Of a stretch of 64,000 bases of DNA, positions 1-7,294 are shown piece after piece. Every line of letters begins with the position of its first letter. Position 1 is the first letter of the stretch. This DNA comes from a virus: IMG/VR virus record IMGVR_UViG_3300026473_000477, positions 1 to 64,000 of that record; one strand, written 5' to 3'. The position numbers and the translations under genes are program-made. The notes under the pieces are model-generated. The model searched no databases and was not told the DNA's origin. It was given only the letters and a program-made list of their open reading frames with translations.

Positions 1-523
1 AGCATTACCATAAACACTGGCATTACCATAAACACTGGCATTACCACAAACCCTAGCATTACCATAAACCTGAGCATTACCATAAACCCAAGCATTACCA
101 TAAACACTGGCATTACCATAAACACTGGCATTACCACAAACCCTAGCATTACCATAAACCTGAGCATTACCATAAACCCAAGCATTACCATAAACACTGG
201 CATTACCATAAACACTGGCATTACCATAAACCCTAGCATTACCATAAACACTGGCATTACCATAAACACTGGCATTACCACAAACCCTAGCATTACCATA
301 AACCCAAGCATTACCATAAACCCAAGCATTACCATAAACCCAAGCATTACCATAAACCTGAGCATTACCATAAACCCTAGCATTACCATAAACCTGAGCA
401 TTACCATAAACCCAAGCATTACCATAAACACTGGCATTACCATAAACACTGGCATTACCACAAACCCTAGCATTACCATAAACCCAAGCATTACCATAAA
501 CCCAAGCATTACCATAAACACTA
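1..523. repeat. 18-bp coding tandem repeat, about 29 units (CATTACCAYAAACNNNRG)
   Basis: Units cattaccataaacactgg / cattaccacaaaccctag / cattaccataaacctgag / cattaccataaacccaag encode GNASVY, GNARVC, GNAQVY, GNAWVY on the - strand. Confidence 0.95.
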
Positions 524-669
524 GTGCTTAAATTATCTTCTGATTCTACGTATCCGCCTAAATCTCCCTTTTTTACAAAAAGAAAATCAACTAAAGCCTC
601 AATTCTGTATAAAGTTTTTCCAAATACTTCAATTTTCAAATCAGTTCTTATTTTATATTTCTTTTGCAT
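1..669 (-). CDS. Hexapeptide-repeat (left-handed beta-helix-like, GNAxVY) phage protein, runs off the left edge; absent from the ORF track
   Basis: ATG at 669 after SD AAGGGG; translates MQKKYKIRTDLKIEVFGKTLYRIEALVDFLFVKKGDLGGYVESEDNLSTSVYGNAWVYGNA... with no stop to position 1. Confidence 0.9.
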   Translation of the reverse strand, partial: MQKKYKIRTDLKIEVFGKTLYRIEALVDFLFVKKGDLGGYVESEDNLSTSVYGNAWVYGNAWVYGNARVCGNASVYGNASVYGNAWVYGNAQVYGNARVYGNAQVYGNAWVYGNAWVYGNAWVYGNARVCGNASVYGNASVYGNARVYGNASVYGNASVYGNAWVYGNAQVYGNARVCGNASVYGNASVYGNAWVYGNAQVYGNARVCGNASVYGNASVYGNA

Positions 670-688
670 ATTTTCCCCTTTTCTTAAT

Positions 689-898
689 TCATTTTAGCAC
701 ATCGCAAAAACTTGTCAATGAAATATTATCAGCTTTACAAAGATTTCCAGATAAATCAAAGAATTGATCTTTCTTGACCTTTTCATAACGCAAAAAAGCT
801 AACCTTTGATCTCTAATTTCTTCAACTATTGGCAAACATTGACCTTTAAAAATTCCAGATAAGAAAAATTTATTATAGCTTAACTTGTAAACTTTCAT
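689..898 (-). CDS. Hypothetical early protein
   Basis: ORF in leftward early cluster, AAGG SD, ATGA overlap with an upstream 50-aa ORF (895-1047). Confidence 0.6.
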   Translation of the reverse strand: MKVYKLSYNKFFLSGIFKGQCLPIVEEIRDQRLAFLRYEKVKKDQFFDLSGNLCKADNISLTSFCDVLK

Positions 899-1054
899 TT
901 TTTGCCTTTCTTAATAATAAATCTTGACATAAACTTTTCGATTAGTCCAGAAATTGACTTGTTATCTTTTTCCAGATTGGATAAAAAATTGACCTCTCCG
1001 ACTGATAAGCTTTTTCCAGTTTTGAGTTTTTGGTTTAAATTTTGCATAAATCTC

Positions 1055-1534
1055 CTAATGTACTAATAGTTTACCTTTTTCTGTTTGATAAGTTTTAGCA
1101 TTTGTTAGTAACCCTTCTCTTGTCAAATTTCTGACGATTGTCGAGACTTGTCTTAAACTCATTCCAATTTTTAAAGCAATCTCTTTATTGGAAATGATAT
1201 TATTTTCTTTTAAACATTCTAGAACTAAATAACTTGACATTCCGAATTTTCTGACAAAATCAAAATCAATCGGAGAAATGTAAGTTGATTCATTTATCGG
1301 CTTTTTTTCCACAATATTTAAATCTTTCTTAATATACTTGGAAAACTTAGCCAATAGTTCATTTTCATTTTTAGCTTTAAAGCTCTTTACAGCGTTTGAA
1401 TCGACAACGTAATGATCTGACTCGTCGCAAATAATAAATTCTTTTAAACCAATTTTAAGCACTAATAAGCGACCTTTTTTCTCACTGGTAAAGTCTTCAT
1501 AATGGTTTTTAAAAAGATTTATAATGTTTTCCAT
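1055..1534 (-). CDS. Early protein with C-terminal winged helix-turn-helix (MarR/AsnC-like)
   Basis: ISNKEIALKIGMSLRQVSTIVRNLTREGLL pattern; SD GAGGA. Confidence 0.65.
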   Translation of the reverse strand: MENIINLFKNHYEDFTSEKKGRLLVLKIGLKEFIICDESDHYVVDSNAVKSFKAKNENELLAKFSKYIKKDLNIVEKKPINESTYISPIDFDFVRKFGMSSYLVLECLKENNIISNKEIALKIGMSLRQVSTIVRNLTREGLLTNAKTYQTEKGKLLVH

Positions 1535-1537
1535 TTG

Positions 1538-1735
1538 CTATCCTCTAAAATGTTTAGCATAACTAGTCGGATATTTTAAGATATCTTGCAATTCTTGATA
1601 ACTAACTCTCCCATAATCAAACATGTCCAGATTTCCAAAATCGTGAACTTGGCAATAATATTCACATTTTCCATTCTCAATGGGATAGAAGTAGACAGAA
1701 ATTTCAGAACTATATTTGTATTCTATTTGTTGCAT
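1538..1735 (-). CDS. Hypothetical early protein
   Basis: ORF with SD GAGGA, tight packing. Confidence 0.65.
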   Translation of the reverse strand: MQQIEYKYSSEISVYFYPIENGKCEYYCQVHDFGNLDMFDYGRVSYQELQDILKYPTSYAKHFRG

Positions 1736-1748
1736 ATTATCCTCTTTT

Positions 1749-2183
1749 TTAAATCAATGCGTGAATGACTTCAATACAATTTGAAAGCTTACTAAACTCT
1801 TTAAGATCGTCTTGAATACTTTCAATTTGATTTTTTCTTTGTTCATCTAAGCTCTTTTTTCGCCTAGAGTTACTAAGCTGTTTTATAATTTCTCCCTTTT
1901 TCTCAAGTAAGTTTTTAGCGGCATCTGCTTTCCAACCATCTTGATCTAAGCTTAGTCTAGTGTAAACTACCATGTCAATTTTAATCCCTAAGTCATTCAT
2001 CAATTTTCTAACTTTTGATTGATGTTTTAATGTACTTGGTGAATAATTATAGTTATTAAAAACAACCAAACCATTATCGATAGTGACAAATTTCCACCAT
2101 TTATAAGAAAATGCCTCTAGTTTTTCAGCATCGAAAGTTACATTTGAAGCTTCATATTGGTTACGTTTTTTGCTGAATTTCAT
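1749..2183 (-). CDS. Hypothetical early protein (YSxSTxKHQ motif)
   Basis: ORF directly after a sigma70 promoter and SD GAGGGG. Confidence 0.75.
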   Translation of the reverse strand: MKFSKKRNQYEASNVTFDAEKLEAFSYKWWKFVTIDNGLVVFNNYNYSPSTLKHQSKVRKLMNDLGIKIDMVVYTRLSLDQDGWKADAAKNLLEKKGEIIKQLSNSRRKKSLDEQRKNQIESIQDDLKEFSKLSNCIEVIHALI

Positions 2184-2212
2184 TTTATCCCCTCTTGTTG
2201 TTGTCTTGATTC

Positions 2213-2241
2213 ATTTTACATTATGCGTTAATTCTAGTCAA
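2213..2241 (-). promoter_or_regulatory. sigma70-type early promoter
   Basis: TTGACT-17-TAAAAT. Confidence 0.8.
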
Positions 2242-2333
2242 CAAAAATAATCATAATAAGTAAAGTCCATCCCAATATTGGGGAAATTAAGAATGCACCT
2301 TTGACGGCTAAAATTGCCATTAATATTGCCATT

Positions 2334-2684
2334 TTAAGCATCCTTTGTGGCTAGATTTAAAGCTTCAGTCATTGCCTTAGCTTTTGATTCATAAGCTAAA
2401 AACTCTCCGCCATTTTCAATAGAATCGGCTTTAATATCATAGACTCTTACAGTGAATTTTCTAGTATCATCACCAAAACCAGATTTTTCGCTTGACACAA
2501 AGAAAACTTTTCCACTATTGGAAACGAAAACATCTTGATAAACTTTTGACTTAAAAAATCTCATCGTGTCTGGAGAAAACCAATAACCTTTATGTCTTCT
2601 TTCGATATCGTTTACCGAATAAATTCCAAACTTATTATAATTATCTCTGATTAGTTCTAGTTTTTGTTTTTTAGTAAGTTTCAT
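2334..2684 (-). CDS. Hypothetical early protein (YWFSPDTMRFF motif)
   Basis: ORF after promoter and SD AAGGGG. Confidence 0.75.
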   Translation of the reverse strand: MKLTKKQKLELIRDNYNKFGIYSVNDIERRHKGYWFSPDTMRFFKSKVYQDVFVSNSGKVFFVSSEKSGFGDDTRKFTVRVYDIKADSIENGGEFLAYESKAKAMTEALNLATKDA

Positions 2685-2712
2685 AATTTCCCCTTGTTTT
2701 TGGTCTTAATCA

Positions 2713-2741
2713 ATCTTACTGCATCGCATTAAATCAGTCAA
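2713..2741 (-). promoter_or_regulatory. sigma70-type early promoter
   Basis: TTGACT-17-TAAGAT; flanks resemble those of the promoter at 2213-2241. Confidence 0.75.
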
Positions 2742-2744
2742 CAA

Positions 2745-2867
2745 TTATTTTATTTCTCTTATAATTCGATTATAACGCTCTTTTGTTTCTTGAGTAGACT
2801 TGACGGCACATCCAACTAAAAACACTGTTAAAGTCAAACTAGCCACTAATAAACCGATTGTTTTCAT
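2745..2867 (-). CDS. Small putative lipoprotein (40 aa), not in ORF track
   Basis: MKTIGLLVASLTLTVFLVGC-AVKSTQETK...; lipobox LVGC; SD AAGGA. Confidence 0.6.
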   Translation of the reverse strand: MKTIGLLVASLTLTVFLVGCAVKSTQETKERYNRIIREIK

Positions 2868-2905
2868 TTTGTTATCCTTTTGTTAATTTATGTTATCACT
2901 AATTT

Positions 2906-3121
2906 TTACCAAATAATATCATTTTGTAAATAATATTCACATTTTTCGACTAGTTTTCTCATTTTTGCTTTATCTGGATGACAACTCTCTTTAAAATCGG
3001 TCCAGCGGTCTTGAGATTCTGAAAACCTCGCCACTTCAAGCCAATAGACCCCAGCTAACTTGTAAGACCTAATTCGCATTAATTTGCCTTTATTAGAAAG
3101 AATTTGCTTGTCAATATTCAT
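2906..3121 (-). CDS. Hypothetical early protein
   Basis: ORF with SD AAGGGG. Confidence 0.65.
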   Translation of the reverse strand: MNIDKQILSNKGKLMRIRSYKLAGVYWLEVARFSESQDRWTDFKESCHPDKAKMRKLVEKCEYYLQNDIIW

Positions 3122-3319
3122 AATTTCCCCTTATTTAATTAAGTAATCTTGACTCATGACATCCAACAACTCAAGTTCAAGAATTCTAATTTGATTTAAA
3201 ATCTCATTAAATCTCTCACGATCCCGATCAGAATAAATGACCGCTTTCTTTTCAAGTTCCTCAATTTTTAGTCTAAGCTCATGTCTTGTCATATATAATC
3301 CTTTGTTAAGTGTTAATTT

Positions 3320-3348
3320 ATTATATCAGTTTTGAAGCAATGCGTCAA
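3320..3348 (-). promoter_or_regulatory. sigma70-type early promoter
   Basis: TTGACG-17-TATAAT with TGn extension. Confidence 0.85.
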
Positions 3349-3355
3349 TAATTAT

Positions 3356-3559
3356 TTAAAGATCCAGAATATTGTTTGCATTTTCTAAACATTCCAGAAA
3401 CTCGTCATCAGGCATGTTTAAAAGCTCTAAAATAGCGTTTTTATTTAATACTTGTCCACATAATAGATGATAAGCCACATCGTCAACTCTATGAAAACCA
3501 TTGTCATTAACTTTAATTCTTTTTCTTAATTTATTAAAGCAAACCGAAACGCTTGACAT
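3356..3559 (-). CDS. Hypothetical early protein
   Basis: ORF with SD AAGGA. Confidence 0.6.
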   Translation of the reverse strand: MSSVSVCFNKLRKRIKVNDNGFHRVDDVAYHLLCGQVLNKNAILELLNMPDDEFLECLENANNILDL

Positions 3560-3586
3560 AAAGTTTCCTTTGTTTTAAGTTCTTAC

Positions 3587-3838
3587 TTATCTTAACTCGA
3601 AAAAATAATGACCTGTTAAAACTTTACGATCAGTGATCTCGGCAACAAAACTCATTAGTCTATTTTTAAAAACAAGTTTTCCCATGTGATACTCGAAAAG
3701 ATCATCAATCATAAGATCCTTTATAGCTTTTTTAGTGAGTTTAGCCTTATTCGGTACAATCTTAGATTCATCAACTAGTAAAGCGTCTTTAATATCAAGT
3801 TTTGATTCAATTAAATCTTTATATTCGTTTAAGTTCAT
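3587..3838 (-). CDS. Hypothetical early protein
   Basis: ORF with SD AGGGAG after promoter. Confidence 0.65.
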   Translation of the reverse strand: MNLNEYKDLIESKLDIKDALLVDESKIVPNKAKLTKKAIKDLMIDDLFEYHMGKLVFKNRLMSFVAEITDRKVLTGHYFFELR

Positions 3839-3869
3839 GGAAAACTCCCTTTGTTATTCGATATAATTA

Positions 3870-3898
3870 ATTATAATGCCTCGTGTTATAGAATGCAA
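3870..3898 (-). promoter_or_regulatory. sigma70-type early promoter
   Basis: TTGCAT-17-TATAAT. Confidence 0.75.
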
Positions 3899-3907
3899 CA
3901 AAAAAGC

Positions 3908-4120
3908 TTAATAACCATAAACTTGATATTGTTCAGCTATCCTATTGATTTCCTGATAATCAATTCCTAGCTCTCTGGATTTACGCTCAATAGCTGATTT
4001 ATACGCTGAAAACTCGCCATAACTCATTTTTATCATGTTACGGCATAAAAAATAAATATATGGTTTCAGATCATCAAGCGACTTGATATCAGATTCTCTC
4101 AATTGTTTGACTGTTAACAT
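3908..4120 (-). CDS. Hypothetical early protein
   Basis: ORF with SD AAGGA. Confidence 0.6.
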   Translation of the reverse strand: MLTVKQLRESDIKSLDDLKPYIYFLCRNMIKMSYGEFSAYKSAIERKSRELGIDYQEINRIAEQYQVYGY

Positions 4121-4123
4121 AAG

Positions 4124-4315
4124 TTATCCTTTTAATCCTTTAGAAAGTTTATTTGACCTTTTGAACCACTTTTGTTCTATTGAGCAGTATTTAATAATAC
4201 CATCGCTTTCTAGTTGTCTTACTTTAATTGTTAGTTCTTTGTTTCCAATAGGATACTTAAAACCTAAACCATTAGTTGAATTTAAAACAATTAATAAATT
4301 ATTAAGTTCTTTCAT
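4124..4315 (-). CDS. Hypothetical early protein, first gene of leftward unit
   Basis: SD GAGGAG, directly after promoter. Confidence 0.7.
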   Translation of the reverse strand: MKELNNLLIVLNSTNGLGFKYPIGNKELTIKVRQLESDGIIKYCSIEQKWFKRSNKLSKGLKG

Positions 4316-4336
4316 GTTATCTCCTCGGTTAATTAG

Positions 4337-4365
4337 ATTATACTAAAAATAACTCATTGAGTCAA
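4337..4365 (-). promoter_or_regulatory. sigma70-type early promoter
   Basis: TTGACT-17-TATAAT with A/T-rich upstream element. Confidence 0.85.
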
Positions 4366-4407
4366 CAAAATAAATAAATATTTAATAAGTTCGGATATTA
4401 TTAATGA

Positions 4408-4429
4408 ATTATCGCTATAATATAGTATA
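4408..4429 (+). promoter_or_regulatory. Putative late promoter motif copy 1 (in front of ncRNA candidate)
   Basis: ATTATCGCTATAATATAGTATA, matches motif found before virion genes. Confidence 0.7.
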
Positions 4430-4860
4430 AGCTTTGGGACCGTGAAATAGAGGTTAAGCAAGCCGACCTAGTCCAGCGTTCTGGGAAGCCAGTGGACACT
4501 TGAGAAACGTCAACGAGTAGACTCAAGCGGAAAGCCCTAAGAAGTGACTAGATGAATGCGACTAGTTGCCATGTTTAGAGATAGCTAAACGACCATAAGC
4601 CTTGAGGGAAATTAGTTGAGTACCTTCCAAGGAATAAAGTAAACATAGAGACTTCAGTCCCTATAGGTACTTTATTGTCTAAAATGAAGGGTTACTGAGG
4701 ACAATTCAAAAGAAAGACATAGGTTACTGTTAAGATCGTTCCAATATAAATGTTTCTTAGCATATAGTTTCCTTTTTGATATCCAAGGTTAATTGGATGA
4801 TAGCAGAGATTAGTGAGAAAAGCAATGGAAGAGAAAGAAAACAACAACTTATCTCACTTA
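4428..4860 (+). ncRNA. Structured non-coding RNA candidate 1 (unknown family); 3' end uncertain
   Basis: No ORF, locally higher GC, run of hairpins (GTCCA/TGGAC, CTTGAG/CTCAAG, GTTTAG/CTAAAC, AATAAAGTA/TACTTTATT, ATCCAA/TTGGAT); shares GACCGTGAAATAGAG and CGGAARGC with 36891-37130. Confidence 0.7.
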
Positions 4861-4976
4861 CCTTAATCTTCCCCTTCCAACAATCAACTACTTACTGGCA
4901 TAATTCTTGCATCCAACTAATGATATACTGCACCTAGTCAAGCCACTCTCCCCAATTGGAAAAAAACTAATAGTAG

Positions 4977-5005
4977 TTGACAGTCATCCTGCACCATGTT
5001 ATAAT
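4977..5005 (+). promoter_or_regulatory. sigma70 consensus promoter
   Basis: TTGACA-17-TATAAT with TGn. Confidence 0.85.
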
Positions 5006-5033
5006 AACAGTATAACTAAACAAGGGGGACAGA

Positions 5034-5147
5034 ATGATAGTAAAAACTCAACACTCAACGTGGCCCGGTTCAGAAAACGACAAAATGATTTATATTTCTC
5101 ATGAGGTGAGAGGTGGTTATTATTATATCACTTGGAAGCTTAAATAG
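5034..5147 (+). CDS. Small hypothetical protein (37 aa), not in ORF track
   Basis: MIVKTQHSTWPGSENDKMIYISHEVRGGYYYITWKLK after perfect promoter and SD AAGGGGG. Confidence 0.55.
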   Translation: MIVKTQHSTWPGSENDKMIYISHEVRGGYYYITWKLK

Positions 5148-5311
5148 TCATCAGGCGAGGATAACAATGACTAGAGAGGAAATGGCTAACAATCTTTTCC
5201 CAATGTGATAAGATACTATCAGAGGGGATGATAACAGTCAGCACTACTGGTAAACTTGTAGAATGTTACCTACCAGTGAGAGCTACTGGCAAGCCTGTAG
5301 ACGACTAGGAC

Positions 5312-5341
5312 TTGACAGGTAGCGGTACAGTGTGATATAAT
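5312..5341 (+). promoter_or_regulatory. sigma70-like promoter reading into G-rich tract
   Basis: TTGACA-18-TATAAT with TGn. Confidence 0.65.
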
Positions 5342-5350
5342 GATTGTAAT

Positions 5351-5403
5351 GGGTTGGAGGGTTGATAGGGGGTAGGGTACTTTTGAAAGAGAATGGGAGG
5401 GGG
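5351..5403 (+). other. G-rich tract matching the G-quadruplex pattern
   Basis: GGG-TTGGA-GGG-TTGATA-GGGGG-TA-GGG followed by GGGAGGGGG. Confidence 0.6.
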
Positions 5404-5437
5404 AATATGCCAGAATATATATTTTCCATTCTACCAA

Positions 5438-5683
5438 TCAAGTGTCATACAACAACCTATAAATCACATCATATTTTCTTCTATGATTCTCATACTCTAG
5501 CTTAACTTCATCAACTATATTATTGGATAATGTAACATCGTTTGACAGACTAAGTAATTCCATGTAAATAGTAAAGTACCTATTTTCTAGGCTAAATTTC
5601 TCCATACCTTCCTTATTCCTACTAAGGACAAAGTATTCAAATATTTGAATTTTAAGCTCATCTATTCTATTATTTGAACTCAA
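5438..5683 (-). CDS. Hypothetical protein
   Basis: ORF overlapping upstream gene. Confidence 0.55.
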   Translation of the reverse strand: MSSNNRIDELKIQIFEYFVLSRNKEGMEKFSLENRYFTIYMELLSLSNDVTLSNNIVDEVKLEYENHRRKYDVIYRLLYDT

Positions 5684-6017
5684 TTGTCACCTTCTTGATC
5701 TTGCCACTAGTCTTATCAATTGACTTCTTAACTGTAAACTTACCATCCCATAAACCATTGACAACAAGCAGACATCCTCTACCTGGATAGTCCTGGTCTA
5801 CTTCTAACTCTAAGTCACCAGTTTCATGTAACTTATCGATCAGATCCTCTCGTCTTTTAAATGGGTTATACTTATCTGGCTCAACAGCGTTTATAAGCTC
5901 ACCATTGGCGTCTAATTGCATTTCACTGGGAGCTGACATGAACACAGGGTCCCCTATGAAAAGAGTTCCTGAGATGATTCTGCCACCTTTATTAGCCTTT
6001 TTTCTTGTCTTTTTCAT
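5670..6017 (-). CDS. Hypothetical protein
   Basis: ORF with SD, coupled to neighbours. Confidence 0.7.
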   Translation of the reverse strand: MKKTRKKANKGGRIISGTLFIGDPVFMSAPSEMQLDANGELINAVEPDKYNPFKRREDLIDKLHETGDLELEVDQDYPGRGCLLVVNGLWDGKFTVKKSIDKTSGKIKKVTIEFK

Positions 6018-6318
6018 TTCCTACCTTCTGTTTTCTAATGGCAAACATTTTGCCCTCAATCCTTCTATCTGTCATTTTAAAGTCAATGACTTCTTCAATT
6101 AATTCCTCATTACATTCACTGGCTAGTTTGTTTAAGATAAAGTCTTTAAACTCACTTGTCATGTGTTTAGGGTTCATTATAAGTTGGCTAGATTCGACCT
6201 CTAGTAGCCACTTATCAAGCCACTGGTTAAGTAACTTTCTTCTAGTTTGGGAGTGGTTAAATTGGTTGTCATCTTTTTGGTCGATAACTTTAAATAGTTC
6301 CAAGATAAACTGCTCCAT
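5992..6318 (-). CDS. Hypothetical protein
   Basis: TAATG coupling with upstream ORF. Confidence 0.7.
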   Translation of the reverse strand: MEQFILELFKVIDQKDDNQFNHSQTRRKLLNQWLDKWLLEVESSQLIMNPKHMTSEFKDFILNKLASECNEELIEEVIDFKMTDRRIEGKMFAIRKQKVGNEKDKKKG

Positions 6319-6554
6319 TAGTAACCTATTGGGACTAATCCCAGCTTTTGTAATATTGGATGATTTAGTGCTTCCAAGTAACGTAACCCTTCGTCATAAT
6401 TAGGAAAATTCATGATAACTGGAGCAGTATTGTCATTTGAGTATATAAAGCGAAAATTAGTCTTTGACCCCAAACTAACTACTTTAACTATTTCCCAGTC
6501 TGGAAATACCTCAGGTGTCATTTTTTCCTCAGTTTCAGTACATTCAGGTGTCAT
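6318..6554 (-). CDS. Hypothetical protein with HPILQKL C-terminal motif (distant relative of the HPxLVKLWRLD family)
   Basis: ORF downstream of a TTTACA-17-TATAAT promoter near 6623-6651. Confidence 0.65.
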   Translation of the reverse strand: MTPECTETEEKMTPEVFPDWEIVKVVSLGSKTNFRFIYSNDNTAPVIMNFPNYDEGLRYLEALNHPILQKLGLVPIGY

Positions 6555-6682
6555 GTTCTCTCAATTCCTGCTACGTTTATTAATAGTTAGTTGTCAGGAC
6601 TAGTGGCAATAGTTCAGGTGTCATTATAGCACACTTTAAACAATCTGTAAAGCCATTTTGCTAGATACTGACACTAGTGCCT

Positions 6683-6865
6683 CTAATTTTCATCTTCTTC
6701 AGCTGGAATGTTGTTGAAAGCCTCCAACATGTAAGCTGAGTTCATTGCCTTGGCAAGCTTATTTGCTAGATACTCGATGTCTTCTTGGCTGTCATCCAAC
6801 ACCCATACGGCTAATTCAGTTACTACATAGGCTTGGGGTAAGGCTTTTTTTGTTTTCATAATCAT
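6683..6865 (-). CDS. Hypothetical protein
   Basis: Short ORF, protein-like composition. Confidence 0.45.
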   Translation of the reverse strand: MIMKTKKALPQAYVVTELAVWVLDDSQEDIEYLANKLAKAMNSAYMLEAFNNIPAEEDEN

Positions 6866-6907
6866 TATAGTAAAATATTTTTTTGCATTGTGTAAATTAA
6901 TTCTTGT

Positions 6908-6929
6908 ATTATTGCTATTATATAATATA
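6908..6929 (+). promoter_or_regulatory. Putative late promoter motif copy 2 (leaderless start)
   Basis: ATTATTGCTATTATATAATATA ends on the A of ATG 6929; no SD. Confidence 0.7.
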
Positions 6930-7294
6930 TGAGCAGATTTAAAAAGCTAAATAAAGCATTAAGCTTAAAAAAAGAAGATAAGAATCCTAAAGGCGGACTG
7001 ACGGCTAGTGGTCGAGAGAAGTATAATAAGGCAACTGGTGGAAATTTAAAGCCAGGAGTCAAGGGAGCAGCAGACACTCCAGATAAGATGAGGAGAAAAG
7101 GAAGCTTTTTGACTCGTTTTTTCACCAATCCTAGTGGTCCGATGAAAAACGAATCGGGCGAACCGACACGTTTAGCCCTTTCTGCCGCCGCTTGGGGTGA
7201 GCCTGTTCCTCAAAATAAGGAAGATGCCGCCAAATTAGCCGCTAAGGGTCGAAGATTACTCGAAAGGTATGAAAATACCAAGAAGAAAGATTAA
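6929..7294 (+). CDS. Small basic phage protein (DUF6321-like)
   Basis: KNPKGGLTASGREKYN...GNLKPGVK...RRKGSFLTRF motif recalled from a widespread phage family. Confidence 0.7.
   Translation: MSRFKKLNKALSLKKEDKNPKGGLTASGREKYNKATGGNLKPGVKGAADTPDKMRRKGSFLTRFFTNPSGPMKNESGEPTRLALSAAAWGEPVPQNKEDAAKLAAKGRRLLERYENTKKKD

Noticed and set aside
1-523. Possible CRISPR array or guide-RNA array
   Set aside because: Period is 18 bp with no unique spacers, and it translates as an in-frame hexapeptide repeat
4428-4860. ncRNA 1 or 2 as tRNA, tmRNA, RNase P, hammerhead or group I/II intron
   Set aside because: No TTC T-arm/CCA cloverleaf, no GAGGAAAGTCC, no CTGANGA core with matching stems, no domain V; only an Rfam scan can fully exclude a known family
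4083-6603. Plus-strand ORFs 4083-4346, 4907-5104, 5905-6102, 6005-6403, 6412-6603
   Set aside because: Shadow ORFs antisense to better-supported genes or spanning a promoter; no SD
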